Assembly: GCF_001194135.2 (NCBI RefSeq) | Contig: NC_068985.1 | Coordinates: 116,377,075 to 116,441,074 of the forward strand | Origin: Octopus bimaculoides | Lineage: Eukaryota | Reading direction: 5' to 3' | DNA length: 64,000 nucleotides | Part shown: positions 1 to 11,790 of the stretch, one piece after another | How the letters are laid out: every line of letters starts with the position of its first letter | Position numbering within the stretch: position 1 is the stretch's first letter | Notes under the pieces: generated by a model | What the model was told of the DNA's origin: nothing | Seen by the model: the letters and a program-made list of their open reading frames with translations, nothing else | Database searches by the model: none | Made by a program: the position numbers and the translations under genes

Positions 1-493
1 ATATATATATATATATACATATATATATAAATCTGGGTAAGAATTACAATATTCACGTGCTTGACAAATCAATCTACTTAGCTCAGTGAATTAGCGTGGA
101 ACTGAATATTCCACCCGTGTAGCCTTGATATAATGCCCAGTCGGAAATCTGCAGCGCACACGTTGACATGCTGTTCATTTGAATCACAGATTACCATTGA
201 ACCCTTGAGAATGATACCCGGGTTCCATCAAGCTCAATTTTAGTCACATGATATAAGCTGTCACGCGGCTATATAAAAATCAACTCCTTCAAATTGCCAG
301 TCAGCGAAATGCGATCTATAACCTCCTCATTGGGAAGCGATTTTAACTTCTAAATTATTTATTTGTTCATTGTGTGCTTAGATATATCGCTTCATATATT
401 CAAGTCCGAATTATCTTCTAACTTTTTAATTTATGCAAGTAATATACGAAAGTTTTTTTTTTGTTGCTTTTTCTTTTTACATTTATATCGTGA

Positions 494-789
494 AAGGAGG
501 TGAATTGGCAAAATCTTTAGAAGGGCTAAATGCTAAGCGGTATTTGACTTCGTCTTTATGTTCTGGTGTCAAATTCCGCCAAGGTCGACTTAAAGCGGTA
601 AACTAGCAGAATGGTTACGATACCGAGCGAAATGTTTGGTGGGATTTAGTCCGTCTTCACGATCTGAGTTCAAATTCTGCCGGGATCAACTTTACGCTTC
701 ATCCATTCAGAGTCGATAAAAATAAGTACCAGTTGAGCGCTTAGCTCTTCCCCCGAAATTGATGGCCTTTTGGCAAAATTTGAAACCAA
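494..789 (+). mobile_element. SINE family A, two fused copies (5'-part copy followed by near full copy)
   Basis: Degenerate A-box (TGGCAAAATCTTT) and B-box (GAGTTCAAATTC), GTCGATAAAATAAGTACCAGTT core and GGCCTT..CAAAATTTGAAACC tail shared with many copies in the window. Confidence 0.75.
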
Positions 790-966
790 ACTTTATGTCA
801 AGGAAGCTGTGTTGTCGCTGTGTATCATCATTATTATCCACAAAATATATTTTGGAAAACTTTCCTACCATGTTTGAAGGCGAGGATCACTGTATTGGTG
901 TCATCAGCAGAGACGCACATGTATCTGAAGACATATTTATGATAATTTTTTCTGTTATAAACATAG

Positions 967-1070
967 GGTCTAAAATTTTAGGGGAAGGGAAGGGAGACAG
1001 TCGATTAGATCGAACCCAGTGCTCGGCTGGTACTTATTTTATCGACGCGGAAAGGATGACTGGCAGAGAA
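967..1070 (-). mobile_element. SINE family A 3' fragment
   Basis: Reverse complement of the family A core (CTGGTACTTATTTTATCGAC..GAAAGGATG). Confidence 0.7.
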
Positions 1071-1767
1071 GGACTCCGCGTCCGCTGAATGTAAAGGCGG
1101 ATGTAATACAGCTAGGCACTTTGCTCTGGGTGCAAATGAAGTACTAAAGTTCCTGCATGGACCTGCCAGACGTTTGGCACTTGTTTTCACGGTTGTTGTT
1201 TAGTTAGAGCCCGGTTTTAACTCTCAAGCATTGGTTAAGAATACTTCCAGCAAAGTCCATATTATTTTATTTTCTATGTCGGTCATTGAATGGATGGGTG
1301 TACAGTATCCAAAGTATTATTTCGTTTCGAAGAGGCATATTTCGCTGCTATGTCTAACAAGTACTGTGATTCGTAGAAAATATCTTTCTGATATTCATGC
1401 TGGAATTGTTGAAAATTATTCATGTCTTTTAAAACTATTTGTCATAAATACTGTACTGACGAATGGCGCGATAGTGTAACTGCATCGTAATGCATTCTGG
1501 GGGAGATGCCTAGACTTGCACTTTATGGTAACAGTCATATGGAGGTTGCACCTCTATATGAGAAACTCGGTCATCTCTCACTATCTCTCTTTCCATCTCT
1601 CCCTCTCTCTTTCTCTCTCTCTCTATTGCTAAGCATTATCCCCGGCGTGATAAATTTTCATCCAACTCACCCTATTATTTCTTTCTGTATAATAAAAGCC
1701 GATATATATATATATGTTGGTTGCTTGGTTGGTAGATCTCCCCAGTCAGGCTTTATATCCTTTAGGG

Positions 1768-3651
1768 CAGGAGTCACCAAACTACAGCCCGCGGACCGGA
1801 GCCGGCCGACGGGGTCATTTCATACACACTGTACCTTTTGTGTATGTACCTGCATTAAGAGTTCATTCATGCAGCGATCATGTTTTAACTTGCATTGCTG
1901 TGTTTGAACGTTCTCTTCACGAGAATGTTTGCTGAAAATGAATCATTCGTACAAGTTACAAAATAGTGCCTAAGATGGCGGGGCGAGGAAAACCGTTTAC
2001 AGAAGGTAACTTTATCAAAGAGTGTATGATGGAAGCAGCAAATGACTTGTGTCCTGACAGAGCCGATTTGTCTGGAAGTATCAGCCTTTCAGCAAGTTCA
2101 GTTTTGCGGAGACCAGAAGAACTTGGAGAGAACGCATTACTACAGATACACGAGAAAGATTCTTGTTGCATTCTCTGGTGCTGGATGAGTCTATTGATCT
2201 CTCGAGTACGTCACAACTTCTCGTGTTAATTTGTGGTTTTAATTTGGACTTTCAGATCACAGATTTGGCATCCGTTTGGTGCATGCATGGAACAACTAGA
2301 GAAAACATGTTCATGGAAGTGCAGGAAACTTGCAAGGCCATAAGCTTCAGTTGAATTATTTTTTATGTGTTACAGTTGATGGAGGAAAACACATGGCTGA
2401 AGTCTGGATGGGTCTGATGGAGTAGATCAGGATTAAGTTGGAATATCTTCAACTTCCGGGTACTCTGTTTATACACGACATTATACATCAGCAAGCACTC
2501 TGTGGGAAAGACTTATTTCTACCGTACCAGTCATTGCTGCGGTGCACTTCAGTCAGAGTCATACATTTAATCGCCAGTTCCAAGCTTTTCTTGAAGAAAC
2601 TGATTATGAAATCTGTGACGTACCTTATCATAAAGTAATACTGTGGCTGAACTACGTCAAAATCCTGTTTCGTTTTTATAAGCTCCGAAGAGAAATAGAT
2701 ATTTTTCTCACTGAAACGGATACAGCTGATCCACTTCTGGCTTTCAAAGTTGTCATTTTTAGCTGACATCACATCAAACATGAATGAATTGAACTTGAAA
2801 CTTCAGGAAAGGGATAACCTTATCTGTGATTTCTACAGACCCATCAAAAGATATCAGAGAAAGCTATCGTTGTTTCCAGCACAACTGGAAGAAAACAACT
2901 TCTCTTATTTTCAGTATTTCAAATAGTTTTGCACTGGAATCGCAGAAATTGTCAAACTCAAAGTACCGAAGAAGACTATTCGTGGATTAAACAAGCATAT
3001 TTTGGAGAAATTTTTAGATTTCCACAGAATTGAGAGTGACATAATTCCGTTCCAGAATCCGCTTGATTGTAACCCTGATGACTCGCCAGTCAAACTACAG
3101 TTGGTGCGCATTGATTTGCAAGAAAGTGACTTATTGAAAGAGAAATATAGAAAAGGAAAACTTGTTGAGTTTTATCACTGCTTATCTGATGACGAATTTT
3201 CAAAGTTGAAGAAATTTGCCTCTGGCAAGACATCAGAGTTCGTGACAACTTATGTTTGCGAGTAAACATTTTTGAAAAATGAAGTATGTGAAATCAGCAC
3301 ATGAAAAGAGGTGGACTGATGGCCATTTGAAAGTAATTCTCTTGGTTGGATGCAATTGGAACGACATGATCAACAAAGTTGATGATATCTTAAAAGCTAA
3401 ACACTTGTTTCACAAATCTGACCAACCTTTTTTGCTGCTTAGTTTGTGAGATTCGGATGTGTGTGCACTGGTTCTGATGTAACTCTCTTATCGATAACGT
3501 CGCCTTTATTGATTACTTTTTGGTAAATAAATATGTTGCTTGTCTTTTTATTTTTTGTGTATTCATTGTATTGGGCAAAATGGTTATGCAGCACGCGCTC
3601 ATCATTCTCTCAGTTATCTGGTCTGCTGTGAAATAAGTTTGGTGTCCCCTG
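1768..3651 (+). mobile_element. hAT DNA transposon (Buster/Charlie/SPIN group), internally deleted and inactive
   Basis: 16-bp TIRs CAGGAGTCACCAAACT (1768-1783) and revcomp CAGGGGACACCAAACT (3636-3651), 14/16 match; 8-bp TSD CTTTAGGG (1760-1767) and TTTTAGGG (3652-3659) with central TA as in Buster-type NNNTANNN targets. Confidence 0.92.
1940..3350 (+). pseudogene. Frameshifted GTF2IRD2-like hAT transposase
   Basis: Motifs across frames: GKPFTEGNFIKECM, LDESIDLSSTSQL (first catalytic D), VTVDGG (second D), HDIIHQQALCGK (CxxH-like), YHKVILWL, TTYVCE (catalytic E region); multiple stops and frameshifts; N-terminal part appears missing. Confidence 0.9.
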
Positions 3652-3676
3652 TTTTAGGGAGACTTATATGCTTTAT

Positions 3677-3790
3677 GACCCTATCAGATTGATGAAATAG
3701 GTACTAACTGAGCACTGGGGGGTCGTTGTATTCGAATTACCCTCACCCCGAAATTGCTGGCCTTGTTCCAAAATCTGAAACCATTACTAT
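3677..3790 (+). mobile_element. SINE family A 3' fragment
   Basis: CCCCGAAATTGCTGGCCTTGTTCCAAAATCTGAAACC tail followed by ATT repeats. Confidence 0.65.
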
Positions 3791-4487
3791 TAATCCGCAT
3801 GATTCCACTTTGCCTGAGAACATTAGGACTGATGATCTATTTTAATGTCTTTATACTGTAGAGGGAGCTCTACGTATGAATTTCGTGAGTATTCTGGAAA
3901 CGACATGATCAACAAAGTTAATGTAACTTTTGGAAAAACACATACCAACTACTGCGAGGATACCGTTGTTAAAACATTTTTAAACGGCTCCTTGATCTAA
4001 TATATGCATTCTATTATTGAAATCTTAGAAGTAGAAGGTTAGCATAGTGGTTAGAGTGTCGCAGTGGGTTAATAAAATATGAAAGACACAAGTAGTGCTA
4101 TTTATTTTCTTAGACAATACCACATTGGAGCAACAAAGAACAATTAAATTATAAAATTGATGATGCCTGCACCTGCGAATCTCTCGAAATATTATTTGAT
4201 AAAGCACGATTCTTTTAATTAAGATTGTAATAATTATATCCTATTACTATAGATTAATAAAAATTAATTACAAGCCTGTACAGTACCCTTATGTTTAGGA
4301 TTGTGTATAACGTGATGAATATGGAAAAACTAACTGATATGAAATATAATTTACAAAATTCATCATTCTGTTACATAATATACAATGGATATAATCTACA
4401 ATGAATTTGTATTTCTAACCACGAAGATAAATTCACTTTACGCTTATAATTATTTCTAATTATTGACTGTACAAAATCTATGGGAAA

Positions 4488-4620
4488 CAGGCGTAGCTGT
4501 ATGATTCAAAAACATTCTTCCTAACAATGTGGTCTTGGGTTCAGTCCCACCGCTATGATACCCGGGACGACCAAAGCCTTGTTAGTGGATTTCGTTGAAG
4601 AAACCAGAAAGATGCTCATC
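4488..4620 (+). mobile_element. SINE family B, tRNA-derived head, degenerate
   Basis: GGCGTAGCTGTATG..GGGTTCAGTCCCAC..GACCAAAGCCTTGTTAGTGGATTT matches other family B copies. Confidence 0.65.
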
Positions 4621-5384
4621 TTGAGGCACCAACGCAGTTTGGTATAGTCTGCGCAGCTCAAAGTTAGGTGTATAAATGGCACATAAGTAACAAGCATGTC
4701 TAGGTATCAATGCGTTACGACCGTTTCAAGCGGATCCATTTAATCGATCAATTTGTACAATACAGCAATTTGAAAGAAACCGCTCTTCTCAGAGTAGACG
4801 ATCATATAGATTTCCAGTATAAAGGGTAAACCATTTTTAGCACAATTTACATCAGTACTAGAAACCAAAACACTTACATTGCTTCTCTTTGCTATGTTTG
4901 TGGCAGAATAAACTTAGGGAAAACTGTATTTCTAAAGCCTAATATAATTTAGAGGGTATCAGAGGAAAATATTGGTGGGTGGGTGAAGAAAAAGGAATGG
5001 TGAGATAGTTAATTTATCTTTATCTTTAATTTATTTATAAGATTTTATGCAGCATATAGTCTGCAACCCTTTAAACTTGAATTCATTGGGAATCAGAGTT
5101 GATGGTGGTAAAGTAATTACAGTTAGGTTCTTTTCCTGACCCTTATTTAGTGGGACCATATATCTGTCTTTATATACATAAAAGGATATGTCTCAGACCT
5201 GCTAGTATGAGAATGACAAATGGAGAAATGGAGGAAGGACAAGAGTGCTTGTATATGATGGACTCTCCCTTCGTTAGACGACGTATGAGGGTTCGACAAT
5301 TTCGTACCGAACAACCACACAGATGAATTGTTTATGGTGATCAAATGTTTGTGTAGACAAAAGCTCTCTTCCTCCATCGGATCG

Positions 5385-5556
5385 ATATTACCTGCAGAGG
5401 TGCAACGGGTGCCACATGTCAGATGTCGAAATGATCACAGAGCAATGTGAAATGAAGTGCTTTGCTCAAGAGCACAACACAACGCTCGGTCTAGGAATAG
5501 AACCCACGATCTCACAACTGTGAGTGGAACACTCTAGCCACTAAGCCATGCGCATT
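5385..5556 (-). mobile_element. SINE family D (tRNA-derived)
   Basis: AATGTGAAATGAAGTG..TTGCTCAAG..CACAAC..CCACGATCT..CCACTAAGCCA, shared with 15915-16080 and in reverse with 6632-6790 and 12848-13060. Confidence 0.7.
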
Positions 5557-6631
5557 CATGTATGTATGTATCTATGCACGTATGTATATCTGGGGGTGAG
5601 TTGGTGAGTGGGGGTGAGTTGGTGAGTGGGGGTGGGGTGCACTTGTTTCAGTCATTTCACTGTGGTCATGTTGGGGCACCACAATTTTCGTGTATGTGCC
5701 TATGTACTTATGTATGTATGTGTACATATATACATTCGTAGTGAGATAAGTGCAGTAATTTGTTTGCATATAAGTTTGACTCTATACTGTATGTACAGAG
5801 TACGTGTATACACATACACGTACTCACACACATAAATGCGAATGCAGTGTATGTGTGTGAGTATGTGTGTGTGTGCGTGTGCGTGCGTGCGTGCGTGCGT
5901 GCGTGTGTGTGTGTGTGTGTGCATATATTTTCATATTCAGCTTTATGAACGTAGTTACGGTATAAAACATGGTTGACCCGAAACAGCTGTCAAGGTAAGA
6001 TTATTACGTAACTCCTTTCATTTATTTTCTGTTCTTTATTTTGTAATCTCTATTTTATATTCAATGAGAATATATGCTCTAATCCTACTTGTGTTCATAT
6101 GCCTTTCTACTCGCTCAACAAAAATCTTGCTCCGCGCCGACTTTCTACATCAGAGACACCTACCTTGCATGAAGGAACTGGAGTTTCATCTCATTTATCT
6201 GAGTCCAGCACCATGGCTATCAATATTATGCTTGCTTTGCTTTCTCGAACACACCGTGTATGTGTGTATGGATGTATGTATATATATCACGTATACAGAC
6301 ACATGCATTCTTAGGTACGTATGTATGTATTAAGAGAGATCACTGACATCAACTGACGATTTAAATAATTAACGTTTGTCTCAGACATGCTACAAAGAAC
6401 TGCCACATTGCATTAATTCATTCCACATTATAACGAAATTAGAAGTGTGTATCTATGCAACGCCAACATCTCTCTATTAATTGATTAATGCAAAATCTTC
6501 AGGAATAATTATAAGCATCATTATATTACATCCATGTCAATAACATAGTATTATAAAGATTTTCTATACGTATTATTTTCGTCCACCCACAATCCCTGGT
6601 ATAATGTAATGTTTATTAATTGTTGTTAACG

Positions 6632-6790
6632 AAAGGCCGTAGGCAAGTGGTTAAAGTGTTGCACTCACGATCGCAGGATTATGTGTTCGATTGAGGGGCA
6701 GGGCAATGTGATGTGATCTTGAGCAAAACATCTAAGTCGTATGAGTTGTAAATAAATAACCTGTGGCAAAGGAGATGTTGCTTAATACGG
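6632..6790 (+). mobile_element. SINE family D, degenerate
   Basis: GGCCGTAGGCAAGTGGTTAAAGTGTTGCACTCACGATCG..GTTCGATT head with A/B-box-like motifs. Confidence 0.6.
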
Positions 6791-7729
6791 GGTACCTATT
6801 TGAATGAGTGCGTGTCAGAAGGATAGTAACATTCAAATATATGCTTGTATAAAATGCTCAATAAAATACCAGGAGACAATGTTTCTTTTTGGTTAACAAA
6901 CCTGAGAATTTATTCTGGTGCAATCAAGATGTTACCGGAGCTCTTCAGGTAAGCCTTCCCGATAATCGGAATGGAACCAAGTGTTTATTCATTAGTAATT
7001 GTTCAATATGTGTATCGTAGATATCAGTCTTCCCGTCCATCGGAAACAGTAAATAAATGTTCACTCCTTAGAATATCACCATGAGTTGGAAACAAATTCA
7101 TTGAATTAAGGTAGAAGCCCTTCCCTCGATAAGTGTTAATTTCTGATCAAAGTCTTGCCAGGCCCAAGCTCATCTAACCTGCTTACCATCCAGTCTACTC
7201 GACAACTGCCCGTTCGTTTTAAAACTCGCGCTTCACTGCAGGGGCCGCGTGTATCTTTCCGCGGCCAGCATTAATTGGTTATTTTAAGCAAAACCACCTC
7301 ATTAAGCTACCATCGCAAAGTAGTGCTAATATGACTTGCTACAAACCCTGCGACGGACTTGCGTTGATTTTATGCGCGTTGTTGCTATCTCGGTCTCTTA
7401 TACCTCGACGGAATACGGGTATAAATCCTAGTATTTGAGATAGCAATGCCCATGATTTGCTGCTTTTGAATATTGTAGTGTTAAAGTCGATGATGAATCA
7501 TTTCTGTGATTTCAAGATATTATAACTGTAATATCCTATCTCTAATTTCAATGTGTGTATAGAGACCACTTCTCTAGCTAAATGTTTTATTAATCTATAA
7601 TAAACAAACGAAATTCACCATAATGTTCTTAGCCATTTTTACATCCTGACCTGTGCGGTACTCGGCCTTACTGACCTCTGTCTTTGTGAAGTAATTCTCC
7701 CAGCATATATATATATATATATATATATA

Positions 7730-8149
7730 NNNNNNNNNNNNNNNNNNNNNNNNNNNNNNNNNNNNNNNNNNNNNNNNNNNNNNNNNNNNNNNNNNNNNNN
7801 NNNNNNNNNNNNNNNNNNNNNNNNNNNNNNNNNNNNNNNNNNNNNNNNNNNNNNNNNNNNNNNNNNNNNNNNNNNNNNNNNNNNNNNNNNNNNNNNNNNN
7901 NNNNNNNNNNNNNNNNNNNNNNNNNNNNNNNNNNNNNNNNNNNNNNNNNNNNNNNNNNNNNNNNNNNNNNNNNNNNNNNNNNNNNNNNNNNNNNNNNNNN
8001 NNNNNNNNNNNNNNNNNNNNNNNNNNNNNNNNNNNNNNNNNNNNNNNNNNNNNNNNNNNNNNNNNNNNNNNNNNNNNNNNNNNNNNNNNNNNNNNNNNNN
8101 NNNNNNNNNNNNNNNNNNNNNNNNNNNNNNNNNNNNNNNNNNNNNNNNA
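7730..8149. other. Assembly gap flanked by (TA)n; representative of many such gaps (9206-9775, 23748-24377, 29006-29378, 38578-38786, 42301-42639, 45348-45502, 58245-58388)
   Basis: N runs bordered by TA/CA microsatellites. Confidence 0.95.
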
Positions 8150-8174
8150 TATATATATATATGTATGCTCACGC

Positions 8175-8228
<54 letters not shown>

Positions 8229-8292
8229 ATTTGTAACTATTTGGAAAGGCTTTAGCAATTAGAATAGTACTCGATTAGCTAAGACTGTAAAG

Positions 8293-8922
8293 ATAATGTT
8301 ATAATAAACCACAAGTCTTGTTAAATACAGCTACCCAAATTTTCCAAGTCGGTACATTAATTTATTTCGCCATTTTGCAAACTGAATATAATACTCTTTG
8401 TCAGTTGTTGTTTTTTTAAGTAGATGCCGTTTAAACAAGGGACGCTGATAAGGAAGAAGACAAAAGCAAAATCACAAGTGAGATAACCAACATTACAATA
8501 AACAAATATCAAAAATGGTAAACAAGTTATTAATATTTGACAACGTGTTTGGTGATGAATTTTTAAATTTCGCCAAGACGATTTTTTTTTCTTTTCTTTT
8601 TCAAATGTGGACAAAAAAAAAAAAATTCGTTCCTAGAACTTACGTAGTCGTTGGGGGCGTTTTAAGTTCTTGCAGAAATATCATTTTTCAAGAGACCATG
8701 TCTTTTTAAACTTGTTTATTGCAACGTAGGTTATCTGGCTGGTGTTTTACTTTTTGCTTTCTTCCTTATCAGCATTCCTTGTTTAAACGGCATCTGCTTG
8801 CTTAAGAAGTAAGTGACAATCGGTCTTCGCAGCTTGAAAAATGGCAAAAGAAACTAATATTTCGACGAGGAAACTCTGGGTTGCTTTATTTTAAAAAGAC
8901 GTGTGGTTCTTATTAACATTAT
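8293..8922. mobile_element. Fold-back / long-TIR non-autonomous element
   Basis: About 220-bp imperfect inverted arms (8293-8510 vs 8710-8922), e.g. AGATGCCGTTTAAACAAGG..GCTGATAAGGAAGAA present in both orientations. Confidence 0.75.
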
Positions 8923-9037
8923 GAATGAATGTATGTATGTATGTATGTATGTATGTATGTATGTATGTATGTGTGTATGTACGATGTATGTGTGCATGCA
9001 TGCATGCATGCATGTATAAACATATATACATATATAC

Positions 9038-9077
<40 letters not shown>

Positions 9078-9794
9078 TGAATAAATAGAGACAACAGGAA
9101 GGGGTACGTTTAGACAACTGTGTAATAAACACTACACATGCATCGATACAAAATAGATCCACATATACATAGGATTTAAATTTATATGTGTGTATGTATG
9201 TGTATNNNNNNNNNNNNNNNNNNNNNNNNNNNNNNNNNNNNNNNNNNNNNNNNNNNNNNNNNNNNNNNNNNNNNNNNNNNNNNNNNNNNNNNNNNNNNNN
9301 NNNNNNNNNNNNNNNNNNNNNNNNNNNNNNNNNNNNNNNNNNNNNNNNNNNNNNNNNNNNNNNNNNNNNNNNNNNNNNNNNNNNNNNNNNNNNNNNNNNN
9401 NNNNNNNNNNNNNNNNNNNNNNNNNNNNNNNNNNNNNNNNNNNNNNNNNNNNNNNNNNNNNNNNNNNNNNNNNNNNNNNNNNNNNNNNNNNNNNNNNNNN
9501 NNNNNNNNNNNNNNNNNNNNNNNNNNNNNNNNNNNNNNNNNNNNNNNNNNNNNNNNNNNNNNNNNNNNNNNNNNNNNNNNNNNNNNNNNNNNNNNNNNNN
9601 NNNNNNNNNNNNNNNNNNNNNNNNNNNNNNNNNNNNNNNNNNNNNNNNNNNNNNNNNNNNNNNNNNNNNNNNNNNNNNNNNNNNNNNNNNNNNNNNNNNN
9701 NNNNNNNNNNNNNNNNNNNNNNNNNNNNNNNNNNNNNNNNNNNNNNNNNNNNNNNNNNNNNNNNNNNNNNNNNNNAACATATATACATATATAC

Positions 9795-9831
<37 letters not shown>

Positions 9832-9841
9832 AACATATGTA

Positions 9842-10006
9842 CGACAGGCCTCTTTCAGTTTCCGTCTATCAAATTCACTCACAAGGCTTTGGTCGGCTCG
9901 AGGCTATAGTAGAAGACACTTGCCCAAGTTGCCACGCAGTTGGACTGAAACTGGAACCATGTAGTTGGAACGCAAGCTATTTACCACATAGCCACACCTG
10001 CGCCTA
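9842..10006 (-). mobile_element. SINE family B
   Basis: TTTCAGTTTCCGTCTA..CACTCACAAGGCTTTGGTCGG..AGAAGACACTTGCCCAAG..ACCACATAGCCACACCTGCGCC. Confidence 0.85.
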
Positions 10007-10545
10007 TATAGGGACAATATAGAAATGATTATTGAACTTCAAAAATGACAATTTCTGTTGAAAACTTCTTGGTCGCTACGTTATCCTGAAGCAAATTTTA
10101 TGTAACTTCAAAGTATTTAATCAGTTGATTTCGTAGCATATATTTACTTCTTTACAAATTAAGGGGTTGTGAACTAAAAATACGAAAGTTAACAGCACAC
10201 ATATACACGATAAAACTACGAGCAGATATGAGAACGCCGCACACTTTTATGTGGACGGAGCGATTCTGTCTTTAAGCAAATTAATTCATATCAAGTTGTT
10301 ACTGTCTAAATCAGTACGACCATCTAAATTAGTACAACTGGAATTAATTAATCTATTAGGTAATTGTATTTGTCTCTTGCGAACAGCTGTTTTATGTAAT
10401 TAAAGTAGATTTTATACCTACGTAACTATAAAATTTTAAATATCTTTCCTAAGAACATAGCACCTACTTTATCATTATTAGTTTTGCGCTACTGTCGAAA
10501 GAGTGATACAGGGAGAATAGTAGCATATGTTCTAGTACACACATA

Positions 10546-10782
10546 CAGGGTGGACCTAAAGTAGGTTTACAGTTATCACATAAGCACTTCAAATATCTTT
10601 TGAAACATTTTATTACATGTAAATTTCTATCTTACAAACTGAAAAGAGAGCTTGACAATATTAACTAAATTAGCATAGAATAATGTGGTTTCGTACTTTT
10701 CTATGATCAATATCTAAACTGTTAATATACGAATGCGAAAGAGATAGTTGAGTAACTGTAAACATACTTGTGGGCCACTCTG
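10546..10782. mobile_element. Tc1/mariner-type MITE, 237 bp
   Basis: 29-bp TIRs (CAGGGTGGACCTAAAGTAGGTTTACAGTT vs CAGAGTGGCCCACAAGTATGTTTACAGTT, 24/29) with TA on both flanks. Confidence 0.8.
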
Positions 10783-10886
10783 TAAATTATACAGGATACC
10801 ACAGAAATAAAAAAAAAATCGTATATTTTACATTGGCCATCGTCGCGGTGCTAGTAACCCCAATGCTCATTGGTGTGGTGAGTCGC

Positions 10887-11045
10887 TGGCGTGGCTATGT
10901 GATAAGAAGTTTGTCTCTCATCGTCAGGGCTTCAGGTTCAGTTCCACCACGTGTCACACTGAGCATGTGTCGTCTACTAAAGGCCCGAGCGGACCATATC
11001 TTTCTGAGTTGATTTGGTACACGATAAGTGAAAGCGATCTACCGT
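10887..11045 (+). mobile_element. SINE family B, degenerate
   Basis: GGCGTGGCTATGTGATAAGAAGTTTG..GGTTCAGTTCCAC head. Confidence 0.7.
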
Positions 11046-11139
11046 GTATAGAAGACTCCACAGGTGGGATAATAAGTTTTTAAGCTGGGAGATTTACATT
11101 TGACTTTCGCTGTATTGAGAGATTCTAATAGATAGACGC

Positions 11140-11790
11140 ACAGATAAACAGACGCACACATTCATACGTTTAAATCAATGCAAAGACGAATAGACGAACG
11201 GATTAATAATTATACCCATGGGAACATGCCAGCGCATACCACCACATGTATGTATGTCAGTCAATCACACACGCACAGAGCTATACATACTTACAGACAT
11301 ACATCTACACACATGAATTCATCCCTCGGGACACAAAGATTCACCCACCCACACACATACAGCGATTACATCAATATTGCCTCTGTAGTGCAGACGGACG
11401 CACTCACAGAGATACAACCATAAACACACTCACATCCTGATATATTGTTCGCACATCTCCCACACTGACACCCACCCACATGCATCATCGTATCCACACC
11501 ACAAAACATACAAATCCAAATATACATTAACACCCATAGTTTCACATGTCTACAGACAAATACACTTAAACATTCACATAATTATACACACACACACGTT
11601 CGTATACAGATATGCTCAGGTACACATCAGTACACACCATAGACTTTCACTCAGCACTTATATACACATATAGGCACATAGAAACACGTCAACACTGCAC
11701 TGACATGCACAGACATTCACAAGAGTAAGCAGACACACATGCAGGCACAGAATAATAAACAGCACTAAGGCAAACACCCACACACTTGTT
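11140..11790. repeat. Degenerate CA-rich low-complexity tract
   Basis: Interrupted CACA/CATA runs, no clean period. Confidence 0.7.

Noticed and set aside
6860-6955. Possible exon ending CTTCAG/GTAAGC
   Set aside because: Open frames are short and unrecognisable, and no convincing acceptor
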